Shown here: positions 36,200 to 48,920 of the stretch, one piece after another
Layout: each line of letters begins with the position of its first letter
How positions within the stretch are numbered: position 1 is the stretch's first letter
Source of the DNA: Geosiphon pyriformis uo1
Lineage: Eukaryota; Fungi; Glomeromycota
Assembly (NCBI GenBank): GCA_016748015.1
Contig: JAAOMT010000617.1
Span: 442,635 to 506,634, forward strand
Length of the DNA: 64,000 nucleotides
Direction of reading: 5' to 3'
Translations under genes and position numbers: made by a program
Notes under the pieces: generated by a model
The model's database searches: none
The model's input: the letters and a program-made list of their open reading frames with translations, nothing else
Told to the model about the DNA's origin: nothing

Positions 36200-37830
36200 T
36201 TATTAAAATAATCAAAATATTAATAAATTTAACTTGCAAAATTAAACAATTAATTTAAATTCCAAAAAATAACAATTTAAAATTAATTATAAAATTAATA
36301 ATAAAAACAACAAAATAAGTAAAAATATAATAACAAAAAAATTAATAAAACAAAAGTCTTAATATAGAATTTAATATTAATAAACTAAAATTTAAAAATC
36401 TTAAAATTAAATATTAATTTAAATAATAACTTAAAAAAAGAATATTTTACAATTTAAAACTAAATAATTTGTATTTTAATTCTTAAAACAATATTAATAT
36501 TTAAAAGTTTTTATTAAATATAATATTTTCTTAAAGTATTTAATAATTATAATATTTAAATTTTTTTAAAACCAAAAATAATAATAATATATTGTAGATA
36601 TTAAACAAAATTAAAAAAATTAAAAATTAATTAATTTGGCTTTAAAAATATTTTAAAAAATAATAACTTTTTTTAATTAATAAAAATAATAATTTTAATA
36701 CTGTTTTTATTTATTAGAATTAACTAAAAAATTAAAACAGCCATAATTGTATCAAAAAACATTAAATAAACAATAATATATTACTAAATACTAGCAAATT
36801 TTAAAAAATTTTACTTAAAATACCAAAAATATTTTAATATTTACAACAGTAATATTTTTAACTATGTTTTATAAAATAACAATAACAAAAAAAACAGATT
36901 TAAAAATTACCAAAAATTTGACAATTTTAAGATTAATAAAATAAATAAAACTAATAAATTTAATTAAAAAAACAGTATTTAATAAAATTTAAAAAACAAA
37001 CTTTATACAAACAGTTTTATATTGTTCTTAAACACACACTTAATATTAAAAAAATTATATATAAATTAAAAACAGTTTTAATAAGCCAATTTAATTTTGA
37101 ATAATAAATTAAAAACTAAAATAAAAACTATTTATTTAATAAATTTTAATAACTAATAATTATTTTTCAAGTATTATTAAAGACAATATTATTAAAAAAC
37201 AATAAAAAAAGCTTATTTAATTAATTTAATCTTTAAAATCAAAAAACTTAATAAGTTAATTAGTTAAAAACATATGCAAAAACATATTTTAAAACTAGTA
37301 AAAATTAACCAAAAATTAATATAACAGCCAAAAATTAATTTAAATTAAAATTAACTAATATGTTTTTATTATTGTTTAAAATAAATTTTTTTTCTATTTA
37401 CAATTACATAAAATTAAATATTATAATTAATACAAATAATATAAAATTGGCAAAAAAGCCAAAAAAAACCAAAAAATATAATTGGCTTTAAAACAATAAA
37501 ATTAGCATTAAAAACACCAAAAAGATTTTTTTTAAAAAAGTTGTTTTTTAATTATTCTGGTTTTTTTAATTATCTAAGCAGTAATAAAAAAAATAAAAAA
37601 ATAACTTGGTTATTAACTTTTTATTAAATATTTTAAAGTTTTTAAAAAAACAAAATAATATATATTTTTAAATTAATAAAAGATTAATTAATAATTATTT
37701 TATTTAAAAAAAGTACTTTTATAAAGTATTATTAAGTAGTCTTTATAATTATAAATATTTTATTAATAAAAATATTATAAATTATAACTTTTTTATTTTT
37801 ATTTTGATTGTAATCATAAAAATAAAAATT
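36200..37830 (-). mobile_element. Extremely AT-decayed ORF1-only LINE derivative (3' part missing)
   Basis: Collinear with 46070-47428+57006-57346, e.g. CTTAAAACAATATTAATATTTA at 36482 and 46329. ATG at 37817. Confidence 0.7.
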
Positions 37831-37965
37831 TTATAAATATTTATTTAAATTAAGATTAAAAACTTCTTTCTTTTCTTTATTCAAAAATCCCAAAAAAGAG
37901 TCAAAAGTTTTTTTGGAAGAAGTTTTTTTACTATTCAGTATGATAAATCAAAACTGTTTTTCGAT

Positions 37966-40676
37966 TACGAAACCACTGTTGGCTTTGTTATTGCTGTTAT
38001 AAAGAAGACTATTAAAGTTTCTGGTTCTGAAGGTGGCTTTAAGACTGTTGCATTGAGGAAAAAAAGAAAGGGAGATGTTTTGAAAAAGAGTTTTGATAAT
38101 AAAAAGGTTACTACAAAAGCTTCTGGTGCTCGTTCATGGAGTTCTGAGACTGGTAACACTATTAAGTCTGAGAGTATTGACATGGAGAAAGAGTGCTTGG
38201 TTGAAGAAACTAGTGTTGACTATGGTAAAAATAGTACTTTCACAGAAGGAGATCCTGATCAAATGCCAAAGAGTTTGCATGTAAAGACCAAGAAGGTATT
38301 AGGAAAGCCACTGGGTGTGATTAATTATAATACTGTCAATACAGAAGATGATATGTTGGATGATTCCTTCCTTATTCCACTGTTATGGTTTAAAAATTTA
38401 GCAAAAGAATCATAAAAATAATATAAACTATTTAATCATAATATAGCACAGTAATAATCTTAGAAAGATAATGATTAACATAGTAGCAAACATCATCTTG
38501 TGATAGTGGCAAGCACCAGTTCACAATAGCAGCCAACACCAACTGGTGATAGCAGCAAACACCAGATTGAAATATCAAAAAAAAAGTATTACAATGTGTT
38601 TTCTCATAGAACTACAAACATGTATATATACAGTAGTTTTAATATTGAGAAAAAAGAATCAAGTAATAAAAATCATAATTTATCAAGCAATAGATCCAAT
38701 TTTATCCAACAAACTCTACTTTAAATTATACTTTCAAATTAAATATCCCAAGAAACCTTTAAATCAAAAAAAAATGAAAAAGAATATTTAAAACTGAATT
38801 ATCACAACTCAAAGTATTAAGAAACTTACTTGTATTATTTATTGAATGAAACTATCATTCATCAACTGAATTCCTTGAAAGAATAATCCTTGATCAAGAT
38901 TATTCATATTGTTACTAATTGATAAAAGCTTTATTGTAAGAATTAAGAAAAGCATTAAAGGTCATTAACATTCTGTGTTTTTAGATTAGAGAAACACATT
39001 AGGGAATTGCAAGAATAGCCTCAGAGAAAACCTCAGACAGTGGGTAGATTTCAGTTCAGCCTCTGAGAAGGAGTACATAAACACACACAACAATCAAAAA
39101 TTGAAGAATAACTTACATTGCAATATTAAAAAGAAAGCCTTCAGTATAACAATAATATTATTACACAAATAGAATTGAAGAACTTATGAAAGACTGATTG
39201 CAATTAAAACGAGATATCGGCAATTAAATATAACAAGAAAACCATTCCATAACACCATTTTTTTTCCTGTCAAGCCATCTGTTTAAGTGTCTGTTCACAA
39301 GTCTTTTGCTTTAGATATTAATCTTGTGGCAATCACTAGAAAGTCTTCTCAGGAAAAATTAAGTTTTATCAGAAGAATTTTTTTAAGTGTGAATGGTTTT
39401 GGGGGGGGCCTCCACTCCCTTAAAATTTGGTGGAATCATTCATGCAACTTTCACATCAGAAGAGGCAATAATGGCTGTGGCTAGATTAGCAAATAATCAT
39501 GGTGTTGTAGTAAATACTGATCTTAAGCACTCTGGCAACAATCATACAAATTGGGCAATTGTAATGAAAGAAATTCCTGTGGGAACTTCCATGAAGGCTG
39601 TGCACACTGCCGTGTCCGAATTTGGATTGATTAAGTTAATCAAAATGCAACTGGGGTCTGTGGCAAAAAGCAATTGTCGAATTAGAAGATCAGAATCAGG
39701 CTAATCTCTTGGCATCCAAATGGTCTATCCTTATTGGAAAAGATACAGTACATGTAATGTTGACAAACAGACATGGGATTCCAGGGATGAATTCAAGATG
39801 CTGCTATACACTCTTTCTGTAGGAACAAATGTTCATGACCTTTGGGATTTTGTTGGTTCAGTTGGTGAAAAAACATATGTTATTGATTGTAATCCTGTTA
39901 GCTACGTCCATGTTTGCTGTACCACTGTTTGCTTTGGATCTGAATCTGATCTGGTTAGTGCAATAGCTGCAATCCCAGTTATAAAAAAGATTGGTTTTCA
40001 CTGGTCTTGTCTCTCTTTGGCATTGTGCTTAGTCTGCAGGCTTCCTGGTCATACATTTCTTAATTGTGTTTCAGTTAAGGTTGGTTCAACCCTGAGGGGC
40101 AGAAAAGCACCTCTTTCTGCTCAGAATCAGGTCAAATTGGTGACTATCTATGCTCAGAAGTCCATGCCCATTCCTCATCCATTGGCCTTCAGTAGTAAGA
40201 CTTGGGGATCAGTTATTGGTGCTCTTCCGGTGCACAGTTCTTATGATGCTGGTTCATTTCTTGGTTCTGACAATGTTGGTAAACCTCTTCCTTCTGTTGT
40301 GAATGATTTGGAAAAGCATTTGGTAAATATTGAAAGTGGTCTTATTAGTCTCGCGGGACAAATTGGTGAGTTGGCTAAGAGGTTGGATTCACTTGTGCCA
40401 GTAGTTTCCCAGTTTAGCCCTGGATGTTAACTGCCAATGATCCCTCTATCACAGAATTAAGGGGAGGATATAGTAATAGGAGTGGGCTCAGGTGAGACTA
40501 TCGGTGATGAGACTACTACTGCTACTGCTATGGTAAAGGACTTGTCTGCATCCCCCCATGTTGTCAAGTTAGAAAATATGTTGGAAGACCTTGCTGCTTT
40601 GGTGCTGAGTTTGTCTGCTCATTTTGACGGATTGGTTCTGGCTGGTGGTGTGATTTCACAACCTCCTTTCCAATAA
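37966..40676 (+). pseudogene. LINE ORF1 (RRM-like region, CCHC knuckle, coiled coil), split by solo LTR D; start approximate
   Basis: CLVCRLPGHTFLNC at 40026-40067; heptad-like LEKHLVNIESGLISLAGQIGELAKRL. Confidence 0.82.
38381..39254 (+). repeat. Solo LTR D (874 bp)
   Basis: Termini TGTTATGG...CCATAACA, TSD CCAC/CCAT, abrupt composition change inside LINE ORF1. Confidence 0.9.
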
Positions 40677-43600
40677 GTAGTCTTATTTGGAAAATTGCTA
40701 CTTGTAACATTAAGGGTATGAATGTTCCTGCTAAACAAAATAATATTGTTTGATGGCATAGAGATATGAACAATTTGGTTTTGATTTTCACAGAGACTAA
40801 GTTGAAGGATAAGGTTTGTCCATGGATGGCTACCAAATTTGGTGGTGTTCAAGTTTTCTTTTCTGGTTTGAACTCTGGCTATGTGAGTGTTGATGTGGCA
40901 ATTGTTATGAACAACTCTTTGGCTAAACATGTGTGTAAAGTTTCTGAGGTTCTGGGTTGTCTTCTTTGCATCAGATTATTTTTCAAAAATAAACTTTTGG
41001 TTTTGATTTTGGGGCTCTATACTGGTGCCTTCCTGACTATTCAATTTTCCCAGGCTGTTAAGATAAATTCTCTGATCGCAAAGGCTGTAAATGAATCTTC
41101 TTTTGTTATTCTTGGTGGTGATTTCAATGAGGATGGATCTCATAGATGTGCTAGTTTCAAGAAATGTTTTGATCTGGGTTTAGTGAATTCTCTGGATGAG
41201 AGTTCTTTTGTGAAAACACCCACATAGTATAACTTTTGTGGTGTTGAAAAAACAATTGATTTTGTTTTCATATTTTCAAATTTGGTTAATGCAGTAGTGG
41301 ATTGCAGTATGACTGATGTTTTGGAGCACTTTGATACTGATTACAATGCTGTTACTGTTTCTGTGAAGCTGGGGGGTCTTTTGGATGTACAACTTTCTTC
41401 ACTCTGCAAACAGGTGAACAAAGACCATTGGAAGTTTGATGTTAAAGATGCCGATGATTTGAAATAATGTGAGTTTAAGGCTGCCTCGGCTGCCAATGCT
41501 ACTGTGCTTTTGGATGCTTTTGTTGTGGCTCAAAGGTTTTCGGATTTAGATGAATTGTGGGACATTATTCGCAAAACTATGATTTTCTCAGCCGATGTGT
41601 CTTTCAAAAAAAAATGGTTTAAGAGTTATGATAGTGTTTTTACTAAAGTGTCTTCTTGGTTTCACAAGTTGGAATTGTTGGTGTTCAAGCTGGTAAAGGC
41701 TTCTTGTTTAGCTTCCTGTGAGAATTTTGAGTTGCTGTTGGAAACATGGAACAGACTTGATTCTGTGAGTGCATCAGAGATGAAGTCCTTGTTTCTCTTG
41801 GGTTCTAGTTTTAATGTTGTTCATTTTGTTCTGGCCAAGATGAGAAAATCTTACCACTTATCCAAGTTGCTGAAGTCCCAGTGGGCTGAGGAATCACGTA
41901 TTAAGCAAGCTATTGACAGTAAAATAGAGAGTTTTGAGTTGGATAAGGGTTGTACTATCAGAAGTGTGTTAGAGCATCCTTTTTGCAAAGTGGTATTAGA
42001 TCATTTAATTGTGAATAATGAGCTGATCTTAGAGCCTGAGTTGGTTAAATCTAAGGTGGATGAGATAATGGAAGGATGGACTCAGAAGCATGGAGTGGTG
42101 TCTGACTTTTTGAATGATTGGAGTTGTTAATATAAGCCCTTGGATTATGTTTTTGATGGTGCTTTTTCTGATGTAATATATGTGATTGGTTTTGATGAAA
42201 TGTTGGCTGTCGTTTCAAATCTGCCTGATGGGAAAGCAGCTGGTCTTTCTGGCATCTCAAACAAATTGTGGAAGCACTGTAACAAGTTAGTTTTGGATAT
42301 GCTTTTGGTGCTTTTAAATTGTTGCTTGGTTTGTGAATCTGTTCCTAGTCCTTAGAGGGAGATCTGGGTCTCAATGATTCCTAAACTGTATGAGTGGGAG
42401 GGTGTTCTTACAAACACCCATTCTATTGTGTTGATAGAAACAGCCTACAAAATACTTTCCAAGATTCTCTCAGACAGGATTTCTTTAGCTTGCAGCAAGT
42501 TTGATGTTCTTTGTGACGATAACTTCTCTGTTTTGAAAGGTACAACAATGCAGTCTCTCATTTTTGCCATTGGTTCTGTGGTTAAGAATGCTTTGAAAAA
42601 GAACTGGGAGCTGTAGCTGGTTTTACAGGATATGTATAAGGCCTATGATTCTGTTGGTTGAATACATCTCAGAAGGAGTTTAGTTAGAATCAAAATGTGT
42701 AACAGGTTCATTAGATTTTTTGGTGAAATTTACAATGGTCATATCAATAGGGTGATGACTGACTTTAGTTTGACTAATGGATATCATGTTCATGATGGTT
42801 TGGATCAGAAGAAGGTTTTCTCGCCTCTTCTATGATGCATTTTCTATGATTTACTTTTGTGCAAGGTCAAGTGACAAAAGAGTGTTTGTGGATACAGGTT
42901 GAATTCTTATTTTATTTCCAAAACTGGCCAGGCTGAATCTCAGGCTGGGTTGACTTCGTTTTTTGTAGCAGGTGCATTTGTTGATGATACCATATGGATT
43001 GGTAGTAGCCAGGCCACTACACAGCACATACTCAATATAGCTAGTGAGTTTTTTGAATTTAATGACATTTCTATTAACCATGATAAGACTGTGGCTATTC
43101 TCATCAACTGTTGGGTTGAGTCCCCATATCTAACTGTCAGTGGTTTGCCAATTTCTATCACCAAGAAGAGGGAATCTTACTGTTATCTGGGCATTTTTTT
43201 GTCATCTGAGGGTTTGTCAAAGCCTAGTTTGGCTAAGGCTCATTTGGACATTCAGTTTTTTGTTAATCTTGTCATGAGAAAGACAATTTCAGATAAGCAT
43301 TTTGTGTATTTAGTGTCTGCTACAGGACTCAGTTCAGTTATATTCCTTTCAGTGTGTGTAATAAGTGAGATGCTTTAATTCGAAAGGGTCTGAAATCTAA
43401 ATCTGGTCTTTCACATAACTTTCTGAGTGATGCAATCTATCATCCTTCTTTGTATCATTTAAAATCTTTTGAGCAGATTCAGGCTGAAAGCAAATCTGCT
43501 TCTGTGGTTTCCTTTGCTAATTCAATTGGAATCTTAGATTGGTTGTTTTCTTACAGGTTTTATGATCTTCAGATTCTCAGTTGGTGTCCTTATCACTTTT

Positions 43601-45339
43601 TGGTGTTCCCGACTCATATTGGCATCACCCTTTTAAATAGTTTTTTGGCAGGTGTGGTCTATATTTTTTCTGGATGTGATTTGTCTTTGGACAATTTTCC
43701 ATCCTGTGCTTTTCACCATTGGGAAAGCACTTCTATGTTTCTTGTTCTCAGCAAGCCCAATTTTCTCAAATGTGTCTTCTTGCTTAAGTATTATGGTATC
43801 ACATTTGTGAAGCAGCTACGTGATCAAAATGGTGTTGTTTTTAGTTAGAAAGCTTTCAAGTATTGAAAGAGGCTGAACCCCTATGGACCTGTTCTTTTAT
43901 GGTTTGATCTCTCTGTTCGTTTTTTCAGTGGTGCTGTGCTTTCTTCTGTAGACTCTTCACTTGGGGATAGTTGTATCTTATTGGATGTTTGTCAATCTCG
44001 CGGTTTTGGTATTGTTTGTGACAATCTGTTGGATGTTAATGTGGCTTGCCTTTCTGTGTATACAGATGGGTCTCTGAGTGGTTTGGAAACTTGTAATATG
44101 AAGACTGGTGCTGCTGTTTTTTTTGAGGACATTAATTCAGGTTTGGGTATGAACATGTTTGGTCTGGTTTCTTCTATGAAAGTGGAGTTGCAGGCCATCT
44201 CCTTGGCTCTTGAATGTGTTCCCTCTTTTTGTTCAGTTAACTTGTTCTCGGACAGTCAGGCCGCTTTGAATGCTTGCAAGTCTGAGTCTTTGCTGGTTTG
44301 TTCAGATTTCAGAAATCAGTATTGGATTAAATGTCACCACATTGCTAACATTATTCATCAGAAAAATTTGGATGTAAATTGGATCAAAGTTAAAGGTCAT
44401 TCAGATATCCTAGGCAATATGTGGACTGATGCACTTACTAAAGATGCTGCTTTTTCTTCTTGGCAGCTGCCTCATATAGTCAGTGAACATTTTCTGAAGG
44501 CTGGTAGTATTGCAATATCTGGTATTTCAAGATATTTTGTCTATAGTGTTTTCCAGTCTGTTCATTAAACACATTGGGAGGTTGGCTCTGGTTCTGGAGT
44601 TGTGGTAAATAGTTTGCAGGGTGAAATTGATTGGTCCAAGTCTTCTTTGGTGTGGCATTTGGATTCTTACATGGCTGCTGGTTTTACTAGTATGCAGATG
44701 GCTGGCTTTCGGACATATTTCATGAAGGCCTTGTATCATCATCTTCCTGTTGTTGTACATAAGTGTCTGTATGATAAGTGTTACCCTAGTGTGGTTTGTT
44801 TGTTCTGTGACAATATTGAGGTTTCAGACCATGTCTTTTCCTGTTCCTTTGATGCTGCTGGTCATGCTCAATTGATGGACATTTATGCAGATGCCTGGGC
44901 AGTGTGTTCTGGTTTGTCTCATTCTTCTTTGTGTGTTTCTCAGTTGTTGTCAATTTGCATTTCTAATATGGCGATTGGTGTGGTTCTGTGTAAGGGCTTT
45001 GTTTTCAATAATTTGTATTATGAGTCTGTTTCTGTTTACAAGGATCCTGAGATGGTGGTTTTTAATGTTGTGGATTTTGTTTGCAAGTTTTGCCTTGCAT
45101 TCTGTAATAATATCTGACTGGTCTGTACAAGATACTGGGCCATTATGGAGAAGAATAAGCTGATTCCACATGATGGCTCTGTCCTTGTCTCTGTTTCTGG
45201 TTTTGCTTCCCAGCTTTTGGCTGGTGTGGTTAAGTTGTTGGGTGTTGCTGATGTACTCAACATTAGTTTTGGGTTTTGCAAGCTTTGTTTATTTTTTGCA
45301 GGTATTAATGATGTGGTTTCTGTTGGTATAAGTGCACAG
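40673..45339 (+). pseudogene. LINE ORF2: APE endonuclease, RT, RNase H, CCHC
   Basis: ATCNIKG, ETK, GGDFN, IDF; QDMYKAYDSV, FVDD; VYTDGS, ELQAI, SDSQA, KVKGHS; CLFC...HVF.C. Confidence 0.95.
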
Positions 45340-45520
45340 TATTGTTCTGACTGGTCTGAATGGCTGGTCACGTGTAGGAAAAACATGATTTGCACCTAGT
45401 TTAGATCATTTGAATGATGTATAGTTCTAGGTAGTGTTTGGACTTCACTTGTTAAAAGATAAAAAAAAAAAAATTAAGATTTTAAAATTATATAATAAAA
45501 AAAAATTTATTAACTATAAT

Positions 45521-47428
45521 ATTTTTTTAATGTTTTTTTATTATTAAGCTTTAACAAATATGATTCAACTACTACATAGAAATTAAGAACAAATTAAGTG
45601 TTTTAGTATTAAATATAGTTTATGTATTCTTTACATATAATCAATTACTCAAGTCAATTTAAACTATACTATATTGATACTCTAAAAAAAAACTTATTTA
45701 AAGAAAACATTTTTGAATAATCTTAAACAATATAGTACTATTATTAACCAATTTAACTAGTTATTTAGCCATTTTTAAAATATTAGTCTTAATACTAATA
45801 AACTTATGTTTTTATAGTAATATCAAATTAGAAACCATATTATTATTAAATATAAACAAACTTACATAAAAGCCAAACATATTAATGTTTTTATAATTAC
45901 ACTCAGTTTTTAAAGCAATTATTTTTTGCTTTAATTTTATCAACTGCTTTATTAAAAATATTTATATATACTAAAATTTCATTGATTTTAAGACCAAATA
46001 TACTACATAAAATCAAATTTCTATTAACAAACTATTTAAACACAGTAAACAAAAAACAATTGGCTTAACAATAAATTTAATTAATGCAAAAAACTTGGCC
46101 AAATCAGATTTCAAAAAGACTAATCAAAAAAAATTATAGAATTATTAGCCACTATATTAACAGAAAAAGCATAACCAATTAAAAAACTAGAAACTAAAAA
46201 AGATAAAGAAGCAACAACCTTAACATAAAACTTTACATTAATAAAACAAAACACAAAAGTCTTAAAAATTTTAAAAAAAAGAGATAAAATATCTTATAAT
46301 TAACAGTTAAATAATTTAAGTTTTGGCACTTAAAACAATATTAATATTTATAAGTTTTTTACTAGATACAATACTTTTTTAAAATATTATTTTAATAATA
46401 ATAGCATCCAAATTATTTTGTAAGCCAAACATAATTAGAATAAACCAAAAATAACAACCAAAATCAGATAAGCAAAAAATAAAACAAGTTTGACTACTAA
46501 CTTAAAAAATCATATTATTGATTTCAAAAACAGTATAATCAAAAAAAAGATTGACCAATTTGGTCTTAAACTTATTATAAAACAGAATATTTTTATTTTT
46601 ATTTATTAGAAAAAAAATCTTAATATTATTTTTACTCAACAAAATTAACCAATAATTTAAAACAAATACAACAGTATCCAAATTTTTGAAATAAACAATC
46701 ACATATTGTCAAATGCCAGCAGACTTCAATATATACAGATAACTTCTTCAAACACATTAAGCATTATTTTAATATCAATAATAAATACATCCAAAAACAT
46801 ATTATACAATGTAATTATAGCAAAAAAAACCAGACTCAGAAACCACCAAAAATTTAACAATCTTAAAAGTAATTAAACAAACAAAGCTCTTAAACTTAAC
46901 TAGAAACACAGTTTTTAAAGACTATTAAGAAATAAACTCTATATAAAAAAGCTTTATATTGTCTTTTATAATTGATTTTACATTCAAAAAACCATATATA
47001 AATTAAAAAACAACCTTAATATAAGTCAATTTAATCTTAAAAATCAAATCAAATACTAAAGTAAAAGCTACTTATTCAGCAAATTTTTAATAACTAGTAA
47101 TAATTTTCCAAATACTACTAACAGCAACACCAGAAATCAATAAAGATAATAATAAATTGGTTTTTATTTGGTCAGTTCAGTTTTCAAAAACAGATAATTT
47201 AACAGAAGATTGTTGTTTTGCTTTTAAAACTGGTAATAATCTATTAAAAAACATCATATTTAACAATACAGCCAATAATTAATCTTGGTCTATCTTAGAT
47301 AACATATTAGATAATATAATAAGGATCTTATCTAAAATTTTATTTAAAACTATAAAGAGGTTTAATATAATAATAGCAGAAGCAAGCAACTGTTCATACT
47401 TTTTGGAATTTTTGATTTTTTTGGTCAT
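45521..47428 (-). mobile_element. ORF1-only (HAL1-like) LINE derivative, 3' part
   Basis: ORF 46502-46702 aligns to LINE ORF1 (WQ..IV...W.IL..K...FK..L..L). Decayed knuckle CFKCQNLNYLTVNY at ~46295-46337. 45620-45672 matches the LINE 3' UTR. Confidence 0.72.
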
Positions 47429-47922
47429 TGTTACTGGAGGTTTTTTGGTTTCTTTTCTTAAATGTTGTCGATGCTTGTTTGCTGTGAATTCACGTTTTCT
47501 GGATGTGGTTGAACCTCCAATAACTGAATTTATCTTCAAATTATCTTCTATAATTTAAACTGCTGGGCTTATAAGTAGAATGGCCAATTCCGTGCCAGTT
47601 ACTTTATGTAGTTATGTTGTAGTAAACATCAACTCTTTCCCAGGAATTGCTTATCTGGAAGCTCACTAAAATGTATAGTTACTTTGCTGTGAAAGTCAAC
47701 TCTTCTACAGAAATCTTGTCTGTAGGCTACCCTAATGATTGTAAAAAAAAAGAAAAGAAAAATAAAAGAAATGTAAAAGAAATAGAATTCTGTCAAGGAA
47801 AACGTTTTCTATCCAGGCCTGAAGTCACTAACAGTTTACTGAAATTGGTAGCTAATCAATTTCAAACTGTTTAGTAGGAATTAGTTAATTTCAAAAGTGA
47901 AATAATTCAGGATTTGATTTTT
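47429..47922 (-). repeat. A3 3' LTR (cut by gap)
   Basis: Matches 56026-56518. Confidence 0.93.
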
Positions 47923-48657
47923 NNNNNNNNNNNNNNNNNNNNNNNNNNNNNNNNNNNNNNNNNNNNNNNNNNNNNNNNNNNNNNNNNNNNNNNNNNNNNN
48001 NNNNNNNNNNNNNNNNNNNNNNNNNNNNNNNNNNNNNNNNNNNNNNNNNNNNNNNNNNNNNNNNNNNNNNNNNNNNNNNNNNNNNNNNNNNNNNNNNNNN
48101 NNNNNNNNNNNNNNNNNNNNNNNNNNNNNNNNNNNNNNNNNNNNNNNNNNNNNNNNNNNNNNNNNNNNNNNNNNNNNNNNNNNNNNNNNNNNNNNNNNNN
48201 NNNNNNNNNNNNNNNNNNNNNNNNNNNNNNNNNNNNNNNNNNNNNNNNNNNNNNNNNNNNNNNNNNNNNNNNNNNNNNNNNNNNNNNNNNNNNNNNNNNN
48301 NNNNNNNNNNNNNNNNNNNNNNNNNNNNNNNNNNNNNNNNNNNNNNNNNNNNNNNNNNNNNNNNNNNNNNNNNNNNNNNNNNNNNNNNNNNNNNNNNNNN
48401 NNNNNNNNNNNNNNNNNNNNNNNNNNNNNNNNNNNNNNNNNNNNNNNNNNNNNNNNNNNNNNNNNNNNNNNNNNNNNNNNNNNNNNNNNNNNNNNNNNNN
48501 NNNNNNNNNNNNNNNNNNNNNNNNNNNNNNNNNNNNNNNNNNNNNNNNNNNNNNNNNNNNNNNNNNNNNNNNNNNNNNNNNNNNNNNNNNNNNNNNNNNN
48601 NNNNNNNNNNNNNNNNNNNNNNNNNNNNNNNNNNNNNNNNNNNNNNNNNNNNNNNNN
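47923..48657. other. Assembly gap (735 N) covering the rest of the LTR, the PPT and most of ORF3
   Basis: N run. Confidence 1.
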
Positions 48658-48798
48658 ATTTGGGGCTAAATTTGTAACTACTTCTGTTTGGGTATAATTA
48701 ATGTGGTTTCCAGTAACAGTAATGAATAATTTGGGTATTGTTTTTAAAGCTAACATTAGTTTTTGGGATAATTGTTGAATGTTTTGAGGAATAGTTAT
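48658..48798 (-). pseudogene. N-terminus of family A ORF3
   Basis: TIPQNIQQLSQKLMLAL aligns to B ORF3 EIPEHIHTIVQQLFQAL. Probable ATG>ATA at 48798. Confidence 0.65.
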
Positions 48799-48920
48799 TA
48801 TAAGCAATTTGAAATAAAAGAAAATTATTTTTGGTGCATGGGTTTTTATGTTATTTTTGTTTTGTTTTTGTGAAATTGTTTCTAAATTATAAGAAGATAA
48901 CTATAATAATAAATTTTAAA

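Larger units (their letters stand above)
37858..45473 (+). mobile_element. Full-length non-LTR retrotransposon (LINE) with RNase H, decayed
   Basis: ORF1 plus ORF2, poly(A) at 45461-45473, candidate TSD AAATTAAGATT (37847-37857 and 45471-45481). Confidence 0.93.

Noticed and set aside
47881-48807. 308-aa and 251-aa ORFs
   Set aside because: Length comes from the N gap; only 48658-48798 is informative.
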